Below, one piece after another: positions 1-18,437 of a stretch of DNA of 64,000 nt. The DNA comes from Escherichia phage pinkbiff. The notes below the pieces were generated by a model. It had not been told where the DNA came from. It saw nothing but the letters and a program-made list of their open reading frames with translations, and searched no databases. Position 1 is the stretch's first letter, and every line of letters starts with the position of its first letter. The stretch is from sequence record MN850603.1; one strand, given 5' to 3'. The position numbers were made by a program, and so were the translations under genes.

Positions 1-202
1 TTTAAGAGGGTCTTTTAACAAGGTATTGTATGGTGTAGTTTGGTTAGGTATGGTTAGGTGTGGTAAGGTAAGGTATGGAAGGATGGCAGTAGCCTTATAA
101 AAAATCTGCCAAATAAGCTATAAAATCTGTTGACAAGTCAGGTGTTATAGCTTATTTTTATACTCAATGTAATACAAAATTTAATATAACTTTGAGGTCA
201 TT

Positions 203-586
203 ATGAAAAAGATTTTATTAGCTGCTGCAATGGTTATGACAATGAGTTTACCAGTTCATTCAACAGAACTACCAAATGTGAACTTATCAGGCGTCCCAGA
301 GGATACTTGTCAGATTGTAAAGGGTGTTGCTCTAGCGAATGGTGAGCTACTTAAACCAATCTCTGAAGAGTCTTTAACAGAGATGACTGATAAGGTGACT
401 GACTACCAGTATCGTGTTCTTGCAGAGTATTTCCTGCAATCTGCAAACATTAAAGAGAAACACCGTGATGATATTGATGTACAGGCTATGCTCAACCACC
501 GTATCCAGTTTAAAGAAGATTTGATGCAAAAAGCTATGTATGGTGTTGAGTATTTCTTAGAAAACAGAAGCTGCACAGGTATCTAA
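203..586 (+). CDS. secreted hypothetical protein
   Basis: ORF track; N-terminal signal-peptide-like segment MKKILLAAAMVMTMSLPVHS; AT-rich promoter-like region with TTGACA at about 130 upstream. Confidence 0.5.
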   Translation: MKKILLAAAMVMTMSLPVHSTELPNVNLSGVPEDTCQIVKGVALANGELLKPISEESLTEMTDKVTDYQYRVLAEYFLQSANIKEKHRDDIDVQAMLNHRIQFKEDLMQKAMYGVEYFLENRSCTGI

Positions 587-587
587 T

Positions 588-800
588 ATGGCTCTTAAAA
601 AGTTACATCCCAGAAGCGGTTATGGTAAGATAATTGACGATACAGACGGCTTTACAGTCTTTACAGTTATCTGTCAAGATGATTCACAGATTGAAAAGGC
701 TCTTGATGATTATCTTAACGATGAACGTGAAAAGGTTAGGGCTACAAACATAGATTCATTGATTGACACTTCACGCAAACGGAAGAAGAAAGATGAATGA
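588..800 (+). CDS. hypothetical small protein
   Basis: ORF track; start immediately after stop of upstream ORF (coupled arrangement); no recognisable motif. Confidence 0.35.
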   Translation: MALKKLHPRSGYGKIIDDTDGFTVFTVICQDDSQIEKALDDYLNDEREKVRATNIDSLIDTSRKRKKKDE

Positions 801-1092
801 GGTTTTTGACCCTTATGCTCCACAAGATGATTGGGAGGCTGATAGAGAGGCTGAAATGGAGAGTTATATTTGTCCAATGGATGTAGACGAAATGAGAGAC
901 TTCGTTGCACATCGTTTTAAGAGAGAGATTAAATCCAGAGGTCTTTCTCAAGAGCAAGTCGCTAAAATTTGTGGTATCTCTCAGGCTCGTGTATCCAACA
1001 TAATCCACCTCACTGGTAACGTCTCCCTTGAGTATATGTTGGAAGTATGCGAAAAATTTGGTGTTAATTTTAATTTAAGGTTGGCAGATTAA
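793..1092 (+). CDS. helix-turn-helix DNA-binding protein (XRE-like)
   Basis: HTH-like segment LSQEQVAKICGISQARVSNI; ORF opens at 763 but ATG at 793 (MNEVF) has purine-rich RBS; start uncertain. Confidence 0.45.
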   Translation: MNEVFDPYAPQDDWEADREAEMESYICPMDVDEMRDFVAHRFKREIKSRGLSQEQVAKICGISQARVSNIIHLTGNVSLEYMLEVCEKFGVNFNLRLAD

Positions 1093-1093
1093 T

Positions 1094-1453
1094 ATGAAAC
1101 GTGAAAACATTATCCACTCTGAAAACTTCGCATTAGGGTTTTATGGTGTACCTACTCACCTTGAAAAGTATTATGGTGTAAAGATTCTTTCCAATCTCAT
1201 TATGGCTTACAAAGATGGTAAGATTAAGCATACTGAGAAGAAACGTGTCATGGGTTATATGGCTGTAGGTTCAGCAATCTCGAACATTAAGTTGGAAACA
1301 ACTAGCAGTCAGATTGTAAAAGACCACTTCATCAAAGAGCTTTACCAGAATCTTGATGGTGTAGATGTTCAAGCTGTTTGGTTGGATGTTGATGGTCATA
1401 ACTACACAAGTTTTGTTTTCAAAAACGATGACATTAAGTGCTTGTTCCCATAA
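1094..1453 (+). CDS. hypothetical protein
   Basis: ORF track; tightly packed with neighbours on same strand. Confidence 0.45.
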   Translation: MKRENIIHSENFALGFYGVPTHLEKYYGVKILSNLIMAYKDGKIKHTEKKRVMGYMAVGSAISNIKLETTSSQIVKDHFIKELYQNLDGVDVQAVWLDVDGHNYTSFVFKNDDIKCLFP

Positions 1454-1466
1454 TAGGTGATTAACT

Positions 1467-1982
1467 ATGATTGATATCTTCTTACAAGATGCTCATGCAG
1501 ATTTCCTTAAAGAGATGCTTAAAAAGTTTATGGCTTCACAGTATGAGAATGAAGCATCTTTTAAAATAGTTACATGTGGCGATGAAGCTGGTTTTGTTGA
1601 GATTGAGCATGAAGGTACTGGAAAGACTGTTTGTAAGTTACCTGATAGTATGTTCTCTAAAACGTTCTTAACAAAGACTAGTATAAATGTTAAGCTTGTA
1701 CCACAGATTGAAACATACTCTGGTACAGATTATCCTAAAGGTTTCAAGTCACTGATGAAGTACTTCTTAGATGACTTTGTGAGTAATCTTCTGAGGGAGG
1801 TAAAAGAAAGTCGTACAGTGTTAACTGTAGAGAACATAGGAGGAACTATCAGGGTCACTTCTGACTGTTTTGTTATGAGCCTCTTCGACTTCGTTCCTAA
1901 GAATTTTGATGGTATTCTGGATGAAGAAGATGACTGTGTAGACTTTATATTGGTTCTTGAGCCAGTTTTTGAGGTTAAATAG
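1467..1982 (+). CDS. hypothetical protein
   Basis: ORF track; stop adjacent to next start (1983). Confidence 0.45.
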   Translation: MIDIFLQDAHADFLKEMLKKFMASQYENEASFKIVTCGDEAGFVEIEHEGTGKTVCKLPDSMFSKTFLTKTSINVKLVPQIETYSGTDYPKGFKSLMKYFLDDFVSNLLREVKESRTVLTVENIGGTIRVTSDCFVMSLFDFVPKNFDGILDEEDDCVDFILVLEPVFEVK

Positions 1983-2243
1983 ATGAAAATTGAACACTGC
2001 TATGAGTCTGATGGAACACCTATCCGATGTCCACATTGTGGATGTACAGACTTACAAGGTGAGGTAAGTGAAATAGTCAACGGTCATATTGCTGAAGAGA
2101 GTACAAGGTGTACAGGATGTAATGAAATCATTGCTTTCTGGGCTTATGGTTTATACCAACCTACACCACACTTAATCTACCATAGCAATAAAGCTGTGAA
2201 GAATGTTATCAACTGGTTTATTAAGAAAGGGTTTACAAAATGA
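1983..2243 (+). CDS. zinc-ribbon small protein
   Basis: CPHCGC ... CTGC cysteine pairs; overlaps start of DHFR by 4 nt (ATGA coupling). Confidence 0.45.
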   Translation: MKIEHCYESDGTPIRCPHCGCTDLQGEVSEIVNGHIAEESTRCTGCNEIIAFWAYGLYQPTPHLIYHSNKAVKNVINWFIKKGFTK

Positions 2244-2785
2244 TTAAATTAATCTTTGCAAGTGGTGAAAATGGGGAGTTTGGTACTCCAACTGGTATGC
2301 CGTGGCCTCGACATAAGCAAGATATGCAAGAGTTTAAGAGACTCACTAAAAACAACTTAGTAGTTATGGGCAATGAGACTTTTAAGACTCTGGGTAGTAA
2401 GCCTTTACCTGAACGTGAAAACCTTATCTTAACAAACTCTGTACCTTATTATGGTATAGATTTTGGTAAAGAAGATGTAATGTATGCTAAGGCCAGCAAA
2501 GAGTCCTTTGGAGCATTTTTGAAGTATCTTGATAGCTCTATTGATGAAGATGTCTTTGTAATTGGTGGTGCAGGTGTTCTTGTCGATGCTTTACCATATG
2601 CTGGTGTAGTTTTCCATACAGTTTTCCATAAAGTTACTGAAGAGACCACTGTGTATTTACCTTTTGAAAACTTCTTTGATAAGCTGTATGATAACCGTGT
2701 ATTTGCAAAGGTGCAGTCGAGACCTTCAGATGATGGTAAAGCAACCTTTGAAATCTATGTTCCACAAGTAAAAGGACACTTTTGA
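2240..2785 (+). CDS. frd: dihydrofolate reductase
   Basis: 181 aa; N-terminal LIFASGENGEFG..MPW and VVMGNETF motifs typical of DHFR; directly upstream of thymidylate synthase as in T4-type phages. Confidence 0.75.
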   Translation: MIKLIFASGENGEFGTPTGMPWPRHKQDMQEFKRLTKNNLVVMGNETFKTLGSKPLPERENLILTNSVPYYGIDFGKEDVMYAKASKESFGAFLKYLDSSIDEDVFVIGGAGVLVDALPYAGVVFHTVFHKVTEETTVYLPFENFFDKLYDNRVFAKVQSRPSDDGKATFEIYVPQVKGHF

Positions 2786-2786
2786 T

Positions 2787-3686
2787 ATGTCACAAGCTGA
2801 TTTGAGTTACAAAAATATCCTGAACCATGTTTTATCCGTTGGTGAACTGCGTACTACACGAACTGGAGATGTTATCTCTGCATTTGCTCCACCAAAATTT
2901 CGTTTTGATATGCGTACTGGTTTCCCACTCTTAACATCTAAACAGGTGTTTACACGGCAAGTTATTGGGGAAGCTTTATGGTTCCTGAATGGTGAGAATA
3001 AACTTGGTGAACTCCGTTACCGTACTTGGGGTGAAAATGATGGGGAACGTTGGACTATCTGGTCAGATGATTTTAAACGCTGGTTAAGCTCTAACTATTC
3101 TTCTGAGCAAGACTGGTTAGAAGATGCAGGTGGAAGAATCTACGGGGTTCAGTGGAGAAACTTTGAAGGTCATAATGGTTGTGTTGTAGACCAGTTAGAG
3201 ACCTTAGTAACGAAGATGAAAGGTGATATCACAGACCGCTACATGCTTGTTAATGCTTGGAATGCAGCAGATATTGCAGCTAACTCAATGGCTTTAGCAC
3301 CTTGTCATGTTCTGTTTCAGATTTATATCACTAACGAGGGTGAAGTTGACTTGCAATGGTATCAGCGTTCAGTAGACACCTTTTTAGGACTTCCGTTTAA
3401 TATTGCATCTTATGGTTTTATTCTGGAAGTTCTTTGCAAGATGACTGGATATACTCCACGGTACTTGATAGGTGTCTTTGGGGATACTCAGATTTATCAG
3501 AACCATATGAAGCAGGCTTATGAACTGATGAACAATAAAGAGTTCCATGCACCCACTTTTGAGATTGGTATGCATCTTAACACCCTAAGTGACTTAAAAC
3601 ACCTTACTGCAAGTGATTTTATTGGTGGTATTAGCAACTACCAACATGCAGGAAAGATTGAAGCACCTCTGTCAGTAGGTAAGTAA
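2787..3686 (+). CDS. thyA: thymidylate synthase
   Basis: 299 aa; catalytic-cysteine region ALAPCHVLFQIY and DTQIYQNHM match the ThyA family. Confidence 0.9.
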   Translation: MSQADLSYKNILNHVLSVGELRTTRTGDVISAFAPPKFRFDMRTGFPLLTSKQVFTRQVIGEALWFLNGENKLGELRYRTWGENDGERWTIWSDDFKRWLSSNYSSEQDWLEDAGGRIYGVQWRNFEGHNGCVVDQLETLVTKMKGDITDRYMLVNAWNAADIAANSMALAPCHVLFQIYITNEGEVDLQWYQRSVDTFLGLPFNIASYGFILEVLCKMTGYTPRYLIGVFGDTQIYQNHMKQAYELMNNKEFHAPTFEIGMHLNTLSDLKHLTASDFIGGISNYQHAGKIEAPLSVGK

Positions 3687-3735
3687 AAAAAAAAAAAAAA
3701 AAAAAAGGCTCCCGTAAAAAGGAGCCTTAAATTTT
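3687..3735. terminator. bidirectional rho-independent terminator preceded by an A21 homopolymer
   Basis: A21 run 3687-3707, then hairpin GGCTCCcgtaaaaaGGAGCC, then T-rich tract; lies between convergent thyA (+) and 3734..4105 (-). Confidence 0.6.
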
Positions 3736-4105
3736 ATTTTTCAGTATTCTTTGTGTTCTTTTCAGTAATAGCTTGGAGGGCTGATACTGATTGAGCCAGA
3801 TTATTCACACTGTCAGAGAATTTATCAAGAGTTTTGGTAAGTTTTGCGTTTTCACCCTTAACGTTCTCTAACTGAACTTTCTGGTTTTCCATCCCTAGCT
3901 GAATCAGCCTCATGTCAGACTGTAAATCACGAATAGCTGAGTAATTAGATTTGCTATAATTATCTAGCTGCTGTAATTTTGTTGTGACAGACACCTCTTG
4001 CTTACCACTTGAAACTTGCATCGTGGTATACATCCCAATAACACTAAAAATACCAACAACAATTGCACCAATATTATTTTTAAAAGCTTCCTCTATCCAC
4101 TTCAT
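3734..4105 (-). CDS. membrane-anchored coiled-coil protein
   Basis: N-terminal hydrophobic segment IGAIVVGIFSVIGMYTTM followed by heptad-like Q/L/N-rich region. Confidence 0.45.
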   Translation of the reverse strand: MKWIEEAFKNNIGAIVVGIFSVIGMYTTMQVSSGKQEVSVTTKLQQLDNYSKSNYSAIRDLQSDMRLIQLGMENQKVQLENVKGENAKLTKTLDKFSDSVNNLAQSVSALQAITEKNTKNTEK

Positions 4106-4300
4106 TTATTTCTCCCCCTTAAAAGCTTTTTCTAAGTTATCTACGAATTCATCATCAATAGGCGTGTCTGTCTTACCCGCAAGGTATCTTGCAAGCTTAA
4201 AGAACACTTTCTCAATCATGTATTCACTTAGAAGGGATAAAATGAGTTTCCAGAAGAAACTACCTAGATTTTTTAGGAGAATTGCTAGGATTGTAGGCAT
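4106..4300 (-). CDS. hypothetical small protein
   Basis: ORF track; contiguous with downstream gene start. Confidence 0.35.
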   Translation of the reverse strand: MPTILAILLKNLGSFFWKLILSLLSEYMIEKVFFKLARYLAGKTDTPIDDEFVDNLEKAFKGEK

Positions 4301-4379
4301 TTAATCACCTCATCAGCCAAGATGGTGAGAATACCTATAAAGAATATTAACACCATCTTAACAATCAGTCAATAAGGGA

Positions 4380-6713
4380 TTAAGCAGTCCTCACCCAAGC
4401 CATTAACTTATAGAACTGGTTAGTAACACTAAATGCTGAACCAGAACCTGTACCACCAGTGTTACCACTAACTGTATGACTGTGAGCACCAATACCAACA
4501 CTGTGAGCATGGTTACCAGCAGAAGCGGCAGTACCACTTACAGAGTGGGTGTGAGCACCGTTAGCATCGGTGTAACCCGGCCCTGTACCAATGTAACCAC
4601 CACCACCACCGGAATAGTGCTGTGAGTTCTGACCAATCCACGAAATAGAGTGGCTGTGGTTACCAGCAGATGAAGTAGAACCACTTACAGAGTGAGTGTG
4701 AGCACCAGTCGTGTTAGTGTTTTTTGTTCCGTAGTCAAACGATGAGGTAGTCGCAGAAAAACTGTGCGTGTGTGAAGGTAAGTTACCAACAGATAACGTT
4801 ACAGAATCTGAACCACCAGTTGTAGCAACATCTGAACCATTTGCTGCTGCAATTCTAATAGTCCTACCAACACCATTATTCAGATACGTCCAAGTTAGAC
4901 CAGGCAGTGCTGTATTAGGGTTAACATTACTGTTAAACCACGTCACAATACCTACTGGATAGATTTTGTTAAGGTCTGTAGAGTCACTTACTGCCTGTGC
5001 AATCTTCTGGTCAGTCTCTGCTTTAGTGTATGCACCAATAGCTGAAGGAGTTGGCTTCTGTGCAGTTGTGTACACCATAGCCCAACTTTTCTCAAAGCCA
5101 TCACCATCTCTTGATGTCCTATACCACATACCACCATTCGCCCATTTAAATCTTAGCTGCGCAGACGGTGTAGATGACTCAGACCCCTGATATAACTGAA
5201 GTAAAAGATTTGATGATGTAGCTCCAGTCTTGACATTATACAGCCCTGTCTTAGCATCCCAAGCAATAGCAGCATCATTATCACCTTCACCAGTTTTTCC
5301 TGCATACATGTATCTGGCGTTTGATGCTGAACCGGTATAGTACCTTTTATCTAGGTTAGTCCAGTCGGATGGTTGAACCTGCCCAGTGATTGTTACATTC
5401 TTATTAAACTGGATATAGTTCTCTCTAAGAGACAGTTCAGTACCTAACACCATCTCCCTGATAGTAAAGTTTCCTGAAGCATTAGTACCCATAAACCACT
5501 TTTTAGCACCATCAGAAGTATAACCTTGCAAGAACAAACCACCAGTATCATTTACCCCTTGAAGCCTAATACCCTCTCCATCAGCCTTAATAATCTGACC
5601 TTGAGAAAAAGTATTCTTAGCATTAATTTTTGCAAGAGTGCTTAATGTTGCTGCCGGAATATATCTAGAGTCAATGTTAGTCCAATCTGAAGGTTGAACT
5701 TGACCAGTTACAGTTAGTGTTTTATTGATATTAACACTTGTCCCTACAGTAATCTTGCCACTAGTTTTGTAGTTTTCTAGAGCTACGTTATCACCTTCGT
5801 TACTATTACCAATGTACCATCTGTTGACACCTGTGCTATCAATTGCTTTAATGTACAATGGTTGTGCAGCATTGGCATTCTGTAGCCTAATTGCTTCACC
5901 ATCTTTTTTGAAAACACTCAGTTGTTTGAATGTATTAGTGCCGTTAAAAGTGTTATTACCAGCCAACTGTGCAAATCTTTGATTAGCCAATGTTTGGGTA
6001 AAGTATCTATCATCTAGGTTAGACCAGTCTGAAGGTTTAACCTGACCAGTGATATTTAAATTCTTATTAGAATTAATACCTGCTGAATCCAATGTCAATG
6101 TCGTGCCAGAGGCTTCATTTGATAATCCAAGAACATTTGAAGTATTAAATCCAACATACCATTTATTAGTTCCAGATGGGTCTTGACCTCTAACATAGAG
6201 AGAAGGGCTATCAGTTGCACTTCTTAACAACAGTGCTTGACCATCTGCTACAATTGTCTGCCTAGACTTAAAAGTATTTAGTACTTCTAATCTAGCATAT
6301 CTAGCATCATTCTCAGCATTAGTTCTCATCCCAAGTTCATTAGGGCTTGGCTTATTAAGAGTATGATAAACAGTTGCAGACCTTGAAGCATCTGCAATAG
6401 TTAGTTTAAGACCATTTGCATTAATTTTAAAAGTCTTTAAAACATCCCCCATAGTAATCTCAGAAGAGCCTGTAGGGTCAAAGACTGCCTTACCACCATA
6501 AAGTAACTTAACAATCCCTAAGTCACCCGTCATAGTGCTACCAGCAATCTGGACAAACCTTTCTAGTTTAAAAGATGCTAAGAAGTCTTGATAGGTCATT
6601 CGACGGTCTTCATCACCCAGCATTTCAGGTCTCTTTTTAACCCTGACATGGAGGAGGTCATCTGAACGAATTGTATCAATTGAGTTTAATTCACTCAACT
6701 TGTAATCTGCCAT
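4380..6713 (-). CDS. tail fibre protein (long, repeat-containing)
   Basis: 777 aa; repeated internal modules (TGQVxPSDWxNLDxRY x3); C-terminal His-rich H-x-H-S repeats and ...WVRTA end shared with adjacent fibre gene; position distal to baseplate genes. Confidence 0.7.
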   Translation of the reverse strand: MADYKLSELNSIDTIRSDDLLHVRVKKRPEMLGDEDRRMTYQDFLASFKLERFVQIAGSTMTGDLGIVKLLYGGKAVFDPTGSSEITMGDVLKTFKINANGLKLTIADASRSATVYHTLNKPSPNELGMRTNAENDARYARLEVLNTFKSRQTIVADGQALLLRSATDSPSLYVRGQDPSGTNKWYVGFNTSNVLGLSNEASGTTLTLDSAGINSNKNLNITGQVKPSDWSNLDDRYFTQTLANQRFAQLAGNNTFNGTNTFKQLSVFKKDGEAIRLQNANAAQPLYIKAIDSTGVNRWYIGNSNEGDNVALENYKTSGKITVGTSVNINKTLTVTGQVQPSDWTNIDSRYIPAATLSTLAKINAKNTFSQGQIIKADGEGIRLQGVNDTGGLFLQGYTSDGAKKWFMGTNASGNFTIREMVLGTELSLRENYIQFNKNVTITGQVQPSDWTNLDKRYYTGSASNARYMYAGKTGEGDNDAAIAWDAKTGLYNVKTGATSSNLLLQLYQGSESSTPSAQLRFKWANGGMWYRTSRDGDGFEKSWAMVYTTAQKPTPSAIGAYTKAETDQKIAQAVSDSTDLNKIYPVGIVTWFNSNVNPNTALPGLTWTYLNNGVGRTIRIAAANGSDVATTGGSDSVTLSVGNLPSHTHSFSATTSSFDYGTKNTNTTGAHTHSVSGSTSSAGNHSHSISWIGQNSQHYSGGGGGYIGTGPGYTDANGAHTHSVSGTAASAGNHAHSVGIGAHSHTVSGNTGGTGSGSAFSVTNQFYKLMAWVRTA

Positions 6714-6759
6714 TATAAATTTTCCTCTTAAAAGGGGCTATACAGCCCCTGTAAAGAAA

Positions 6760-7908
6760 TTAAGCTGTTCTCTGCCATACATACAATACGAAGGATGGCT
6801 GTTCAACGCTAAACGCTTGACCAGAACCAGTTGTGCCAGTTGTGCCAGAGTGCGAATGCTCACCTGCTCCGGTTACTGTTACTGTTGCTGAGTGGTTGTG
6901 GGAACCAATTGCAACAGAATGGCTGTGAGCACCAATCCCCACTGTGTGATTATGCGCACCAATTGCTACAGAGTGAGTGTGGTTGTTAGCTGTTGTCAGC
7001 GTAGCTCTTGGGTCATAGCTTGCCCCCTCAACTGATAAACCTCTCCAACCACCATCAGCATAACCACGATTAATGAATGTTGTTTGTGTTAAACCAGCAG
7101 CACTGGTTGTTCTGTTACCATAGTCATAAGTAGATACAGTCTTTGTTCCATAGTCAAACGTTGTAGTCCCTTTAGTACCGTAGTCAAAAGCACTGATAGA
7201 GGCCGTTGCACCGTGTGTGTGACCACCACCAGTGACGTATACTGAGTGAGTATGTGCAGGAATGTTGTTAACTGTCAGTGCAGTAGTCTGCGAACCAAAC
7301 GTTGAACCAACTGGCCTAGAAGCACTATCATAACCTACAAGTGCTCTTCCTTTTGAAACTAACTCCCAAGTACCTCCACAAATTAAATATGTAGAAGGGT
7401 TTGCAGGATTCATAGAGAGATGGATAGTACCTACTGGATAAGAAGCCTGAACAGCCTTGTACAAGTTATTTACTGCTCTTGCTGTAGCATACTTATCTGC
7501 ATCCTCATTATAAAGGTTAGATGTCACCCAGTTCTGAACATTGCTTAACCCAACCTGTGCCTTAGTAGTATTGTGTGGGTTGCTCTTATCATCAATATGC
7601 TGTTGAATAAGATTATTAACCTCTTCTGAAGACATAATCTGTAGATTTGCTCTTGCCTCAGCTACATTAACAATATCTGATAAGTTATTTTCAGCAACTA
7701 ACTGGAGAGCATTAATAACGTTATCTAAACCAATTTGTGTCTTAGTAACACCATGAGGGTTATTTCTTAGGCTTGAGTGTGGAGCAAGTAATTGCTCAAG
7801 AGTACATCTCTTATCCTCGATACCCTGTTTAAGATGGAAGATATCACTAAGGTCAATTGGCAAGGCTGCTTGAGGCAAGGCACTAATTTGAATTTCACCT
7901 ACTGCCAT
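6760..7908 (-). CDS. tail fibre protein (second)
   Basis: 382 aa; C-terminus with HTHS/HNHT/HSHS repeats and ...WQRTA end paralogous to the 4380..6713 C-terminus. Confidence 0.65.
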   Translation of the reverse strand: MAVGEIQISALPQAALPIDLSDIFHLKQGIEDKRCTLEQLLAPHSSLRNNPHGVTKTQIGLDNVINALQLVAENNLSDIVNVAEARANLQIMSSEEVNNLIQQHIDDKSNPHNTTKAQVGLSNVQNWVTSNLYNEDADKYATARAVNNLYKAVQASYPVGTIHLSMNPANPSTYLICGGTWELVSKGRALVGYDSASRPVGSTFGSQTTALTVNNIPAHTHSVYVTGGGHTHGATASISAFDYGTKGTTTFDYGTKTVSTYDYGNRTTSAAGLTQTTFINRGYADGGWRGLSVEGASYDPRATLTTANNHTHSVAIGAHNHTVGIGAHSHSVAIGSHNHSATVTVTGAGEHSHSGTTGTTGSGQAFSVEQPSFVLYVWQRTA

Positions 7909-7910
7909 TA

Positions 7911-15908
<7,998 letters not shown>

Positions 15909-15909
<1 letters not shown>

Positions 15910-16148
15910 TACATTTTTCCTGCTCTTCTAAGTTCGTTGTAAGCAATTTCCTCTTTATACGACCTCTGAATCTCAAGAAATTGTCTCAATGATAATAAAT
16001 CAGAGAATGTCATAGCAAAGAGTTGGTCAAGTGTTTCTTTACACCCTTCCATACCATAAATAGCAAGCACAAATTTCATCTCGTCTGCTTCTTCATAGGT
16101 TTCCTCTACAGCAGCATCAGTTAGTGGTGTCTGTAGAGTGTTACCCAT
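15909..16148 (-). CDS. tail assembly chaperone (small)
   Basis: 79 aa acidic protein directly upstream of tape measure. Confidence 0.4.
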
Positions 16149-16150
16149 GT

Positions 16151-16549
16151 TTACTGAGAAGTTAGGCTTTTGAAAATGCTTGCTTCGAAAAAACTTCCGA
16201 AGTTTGCCTCCAGCGCAAATGCTAAGTAATCAATGAACTCACCGTAGTTTGCTTGGAAGTACGTATCAATATTAAGTGGGAAGTCGTCAACAGTTGCCCC
16301 TTGAAATAATAAGGTAGCCATCTCTTCAAGGTTAATTTCTTCAATTCTGTCAAAACAAGCTTCAACAAGTTCTTTAAATGGAACCATCGGAGCTTCCTTC
16401 TTACCCTTGTCAGTCAGACTTGATAGCATCTGTGCAAAGGTTGGAACAACAATTTTACCCAACTTCATAGACATCTTAATACCATCTCTTGCCCCAAGCA
16501 GAACGATATTTACTTTCTTACCATTAATTACTCTAGATTCTGTTTTCAT
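16151..16549 (-). CDS. tail assembly chaperone
   Basis: 132 aa; position between tube and tape measure. Confidence 0.45.
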   Translation of the reverse strand: MKTESRVINGKKVNIVLLGARDGIKMSMKLGKIVVPTFAQMLSSLTDKGKKEAPMVPFKELVEACFDRIEEINLEEMATLLFQGATVDDFPLNIDTYFQANYGEFIDYLAFALEANFGSFFEASIFKSLTSQ

Positions 16550-16569
16550 TGTGATTCCTTAATACTTTT

Positions 16570-16612
16570 AAAAGAAACAAAAAAGGGGAAGACCTTTTAA
16601 AGTCTCCCCCTT
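16570..16612 (-). terminator. rho-independent terminator/attenuator after tail tube gene
   Basis: minus-strand hairpin GGGGGAGAC/GTCTTCCCC followed by U-run. Confidence 0.5.
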
Positions 16613-16622
16613 ATAGGATTTA

Positions 16623-17069
16623 TTAAACACTTGACGCTGGAATTGTAGAAGTGTAGTCTAGCTTCTCACAACCAAAAATCCAAGTTTTAGAGTTCTGGTC
16701 ACGACCAAGTTCAATCTGTGGTAACTCCTGCAACCAAGCGTTAATACCAGTTGCCAGAACAGAGCCTGATGGGTCGTAGATTACGAAGTTAGAAGAGATA
16801 TCTTCTTCAAGTTCCATATTGTCTTGTTTAGCTTGAATTGCAGAAAGCATCTGGTTAGAGAGAGAAGTCTGCATTAACTCAATCTCAATAGTACCTGTCT
16901 TGTCTGCATTTCGTGTCAGAGCAACCTGACCACCTGCACCAACAACTGGTGTCACAAGTGGTGATGTTCTCTGTAGACGCAAGAATGAGTCTGGAGCAAA
17001 GCCTTCAATAGCAATGCCGTTCCAGCTACATACAACGTCTTTAGGGGAATATTGCTGATACATAGCCAT
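16623..17069 (-). CDS. tail tube protein
   Basis: 148 aa directly downstream of the sheath gene; followed by terminator. Confidence 0.55.
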   Translation of the reverse strand: MAMYQQYSPKDVVCSWNGIAIEGFAPDSFLRLQRTSPLVTPVVGAGGQVALTRNADKTGTIEIELMQTSLSNQMLSAIQAKQDNMELEEDISSNFVIYDPSGSVLATGINAWLQELPQIELGRDQNSKTWIFGCEKLDYTSTIPASSV

Positions 17070-17084
17070 TCCAATTTACCTCTA

Positions 17085-18437
17085 TTATTCGTAAGCCACT
17101 GTACCTTTCAAGTCAACATCCAAGATAGCCCCTGCTAAGATACCTGCGAAGGTAACGTCTTTCAGGATACGCGCTTTCTTGTCTGCTAAAGCAACTTGAG
17201 AGGCTTTAGGAACATTAACTGTGTAAGATGACAGGAAGTTTCTGTTGACTGCTCTTTGCAGAGAGGTTTCAATGACTTGACGAATACGGGTAATACCAGT
17301 ATCATCATAAGTAATCTTACCACCCTTCTGGTTAATTAGCAAGTCTCTCAGAGAAGTTTTCAGGTCTGATTCTAACCAGTCAACACCACGGACGATATCA
17401 ATCCATTCCCCACCAGAAGTAATCCCTCTACGAACCACTGGAACACCGCCATCAAGGTCAATAAAGTTACAGTGACGTACATCTAAAGCAGACTTCTGAA
17501 TACTTGTCAGAGGTCTCTGATTAGATGGTTGTAGAGAAGCTGCTACACCAGTTAACTGAGCATTACCCCAAGCAATTGAACCTGCATCATATGGAGCACC
17601 ATAAGCAATGTATGCCATCTCTGGGTAATCTTCTGCTGCTGCGTGATGCCACAAGCAAACTGTACGAGTATACATACTCTTAGCAAGCTGTGCTGGAACA
17701 TCATTTGCACTGTTTAATTCTGTACCTTGTAGTGCTGATACATCAGAGTTGGCTGTAAAGAAGATTTTCTTACGAGCCTGAATCTCAGAAGCCATTGCTA
17801 AGACAAACTGTTGAGTTCTGTCTTCTGCTGCAATGAAATACCAGTCAGTAGAATAAGCTTCAATGGCTGCCAGAGCAGTTGCTGCTGTATCGGCAGTTGT
17901 ACCTGCAATATATACAGTCTGTGCTGTGGTTGTTACTTTCACAAAGTCATTATCGCCAGCTTTGGTAATAATCATTGTGGCAGAACCAGCACTACCAGTT
18001 ACGTTCACAGAAACCTTATCTTTGATTGTTTGGTCAGCTTCAATCTGTGTTTTAAACTGTTGCAACACTGTCTCAGCAGTGTCTGAGTTTTGTGCTGTAT
18101 ACTGGAATGGTTGAGAGATTCCACCACCAACAGCTACAGTAATTGAGTAGTCTGTGGTTTCAGAAACTTCATCAGGAATTGATACAGTGTACTGCATAGC
18201 ACGTCTACCAATATAAAGCTGAGTTACTTTAGGAGTCTGACTCCAAAGTTGTTTAGCAGCCTTATATGCAGCAGACCTCTCATCGAAATCTTCAGCAACT
18301 TCAGTTAAGGAAGTGTAACCACGTACTCTTTCTTCAAAGTTATCTGTTGAAGCTAAGAATAGTGGTAAACCAAAACCTTCTCTTGTAGTTCCTGCGGTGT
18401 TCAATGTAATATCTACATTAACAATTGGATTCCACAT
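17085..18437 (-). CDS. tail sheath protein
   Basis: 450 aa; precedes tube gene as in contractile-tail modules. Confidence 0.65.
   Translation of the reverse strand: MWNPIVNVDITLNTAGTTREGFGLPLFLASTDNFEERVRGYTSLTEVAEDFDERSAAYKAAKQLWSQTPKVTQLYIGRRAMQYTVSIPDEVSETTDYSITVAVGGGISQPFQYTAQNSDTAETVLQQFKTQIEADQTIKDKVSVNVTGSAGSATMIITKAGDNDFVKVTTTAQTVYIAGTTADTAATALAAIEAYSTDWYFIAAEDRTQQFVLAMASEIQARKKIFFTANSDVSALQGTELNSANDVPAQLAKSMYTRTVCLWHHAAAEDYPEMAYIAYGAPYDAGSIAWGNAQLTGVAASLQPSNQRPLTSIQKSALDVRHCNFIDLDGGVPVVRRGITSGGEWIDIVRGVDWLESDLKTSLRDLLINQKGGKITYDDTGITRIRQVIETSLQRAVNRNFLSSYTVNVPKASQVALADKKARILKDVTFAGILAGAILDVDLKGTVAYE

Noticed and set aside
3734-4300. Holin call for the small membrane proteins 3734..4105 and 4106..4300
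   Set aside because: Only one clear TM segment, and neither is adjacent to the endolysin; evidence insufficient for a holin call.
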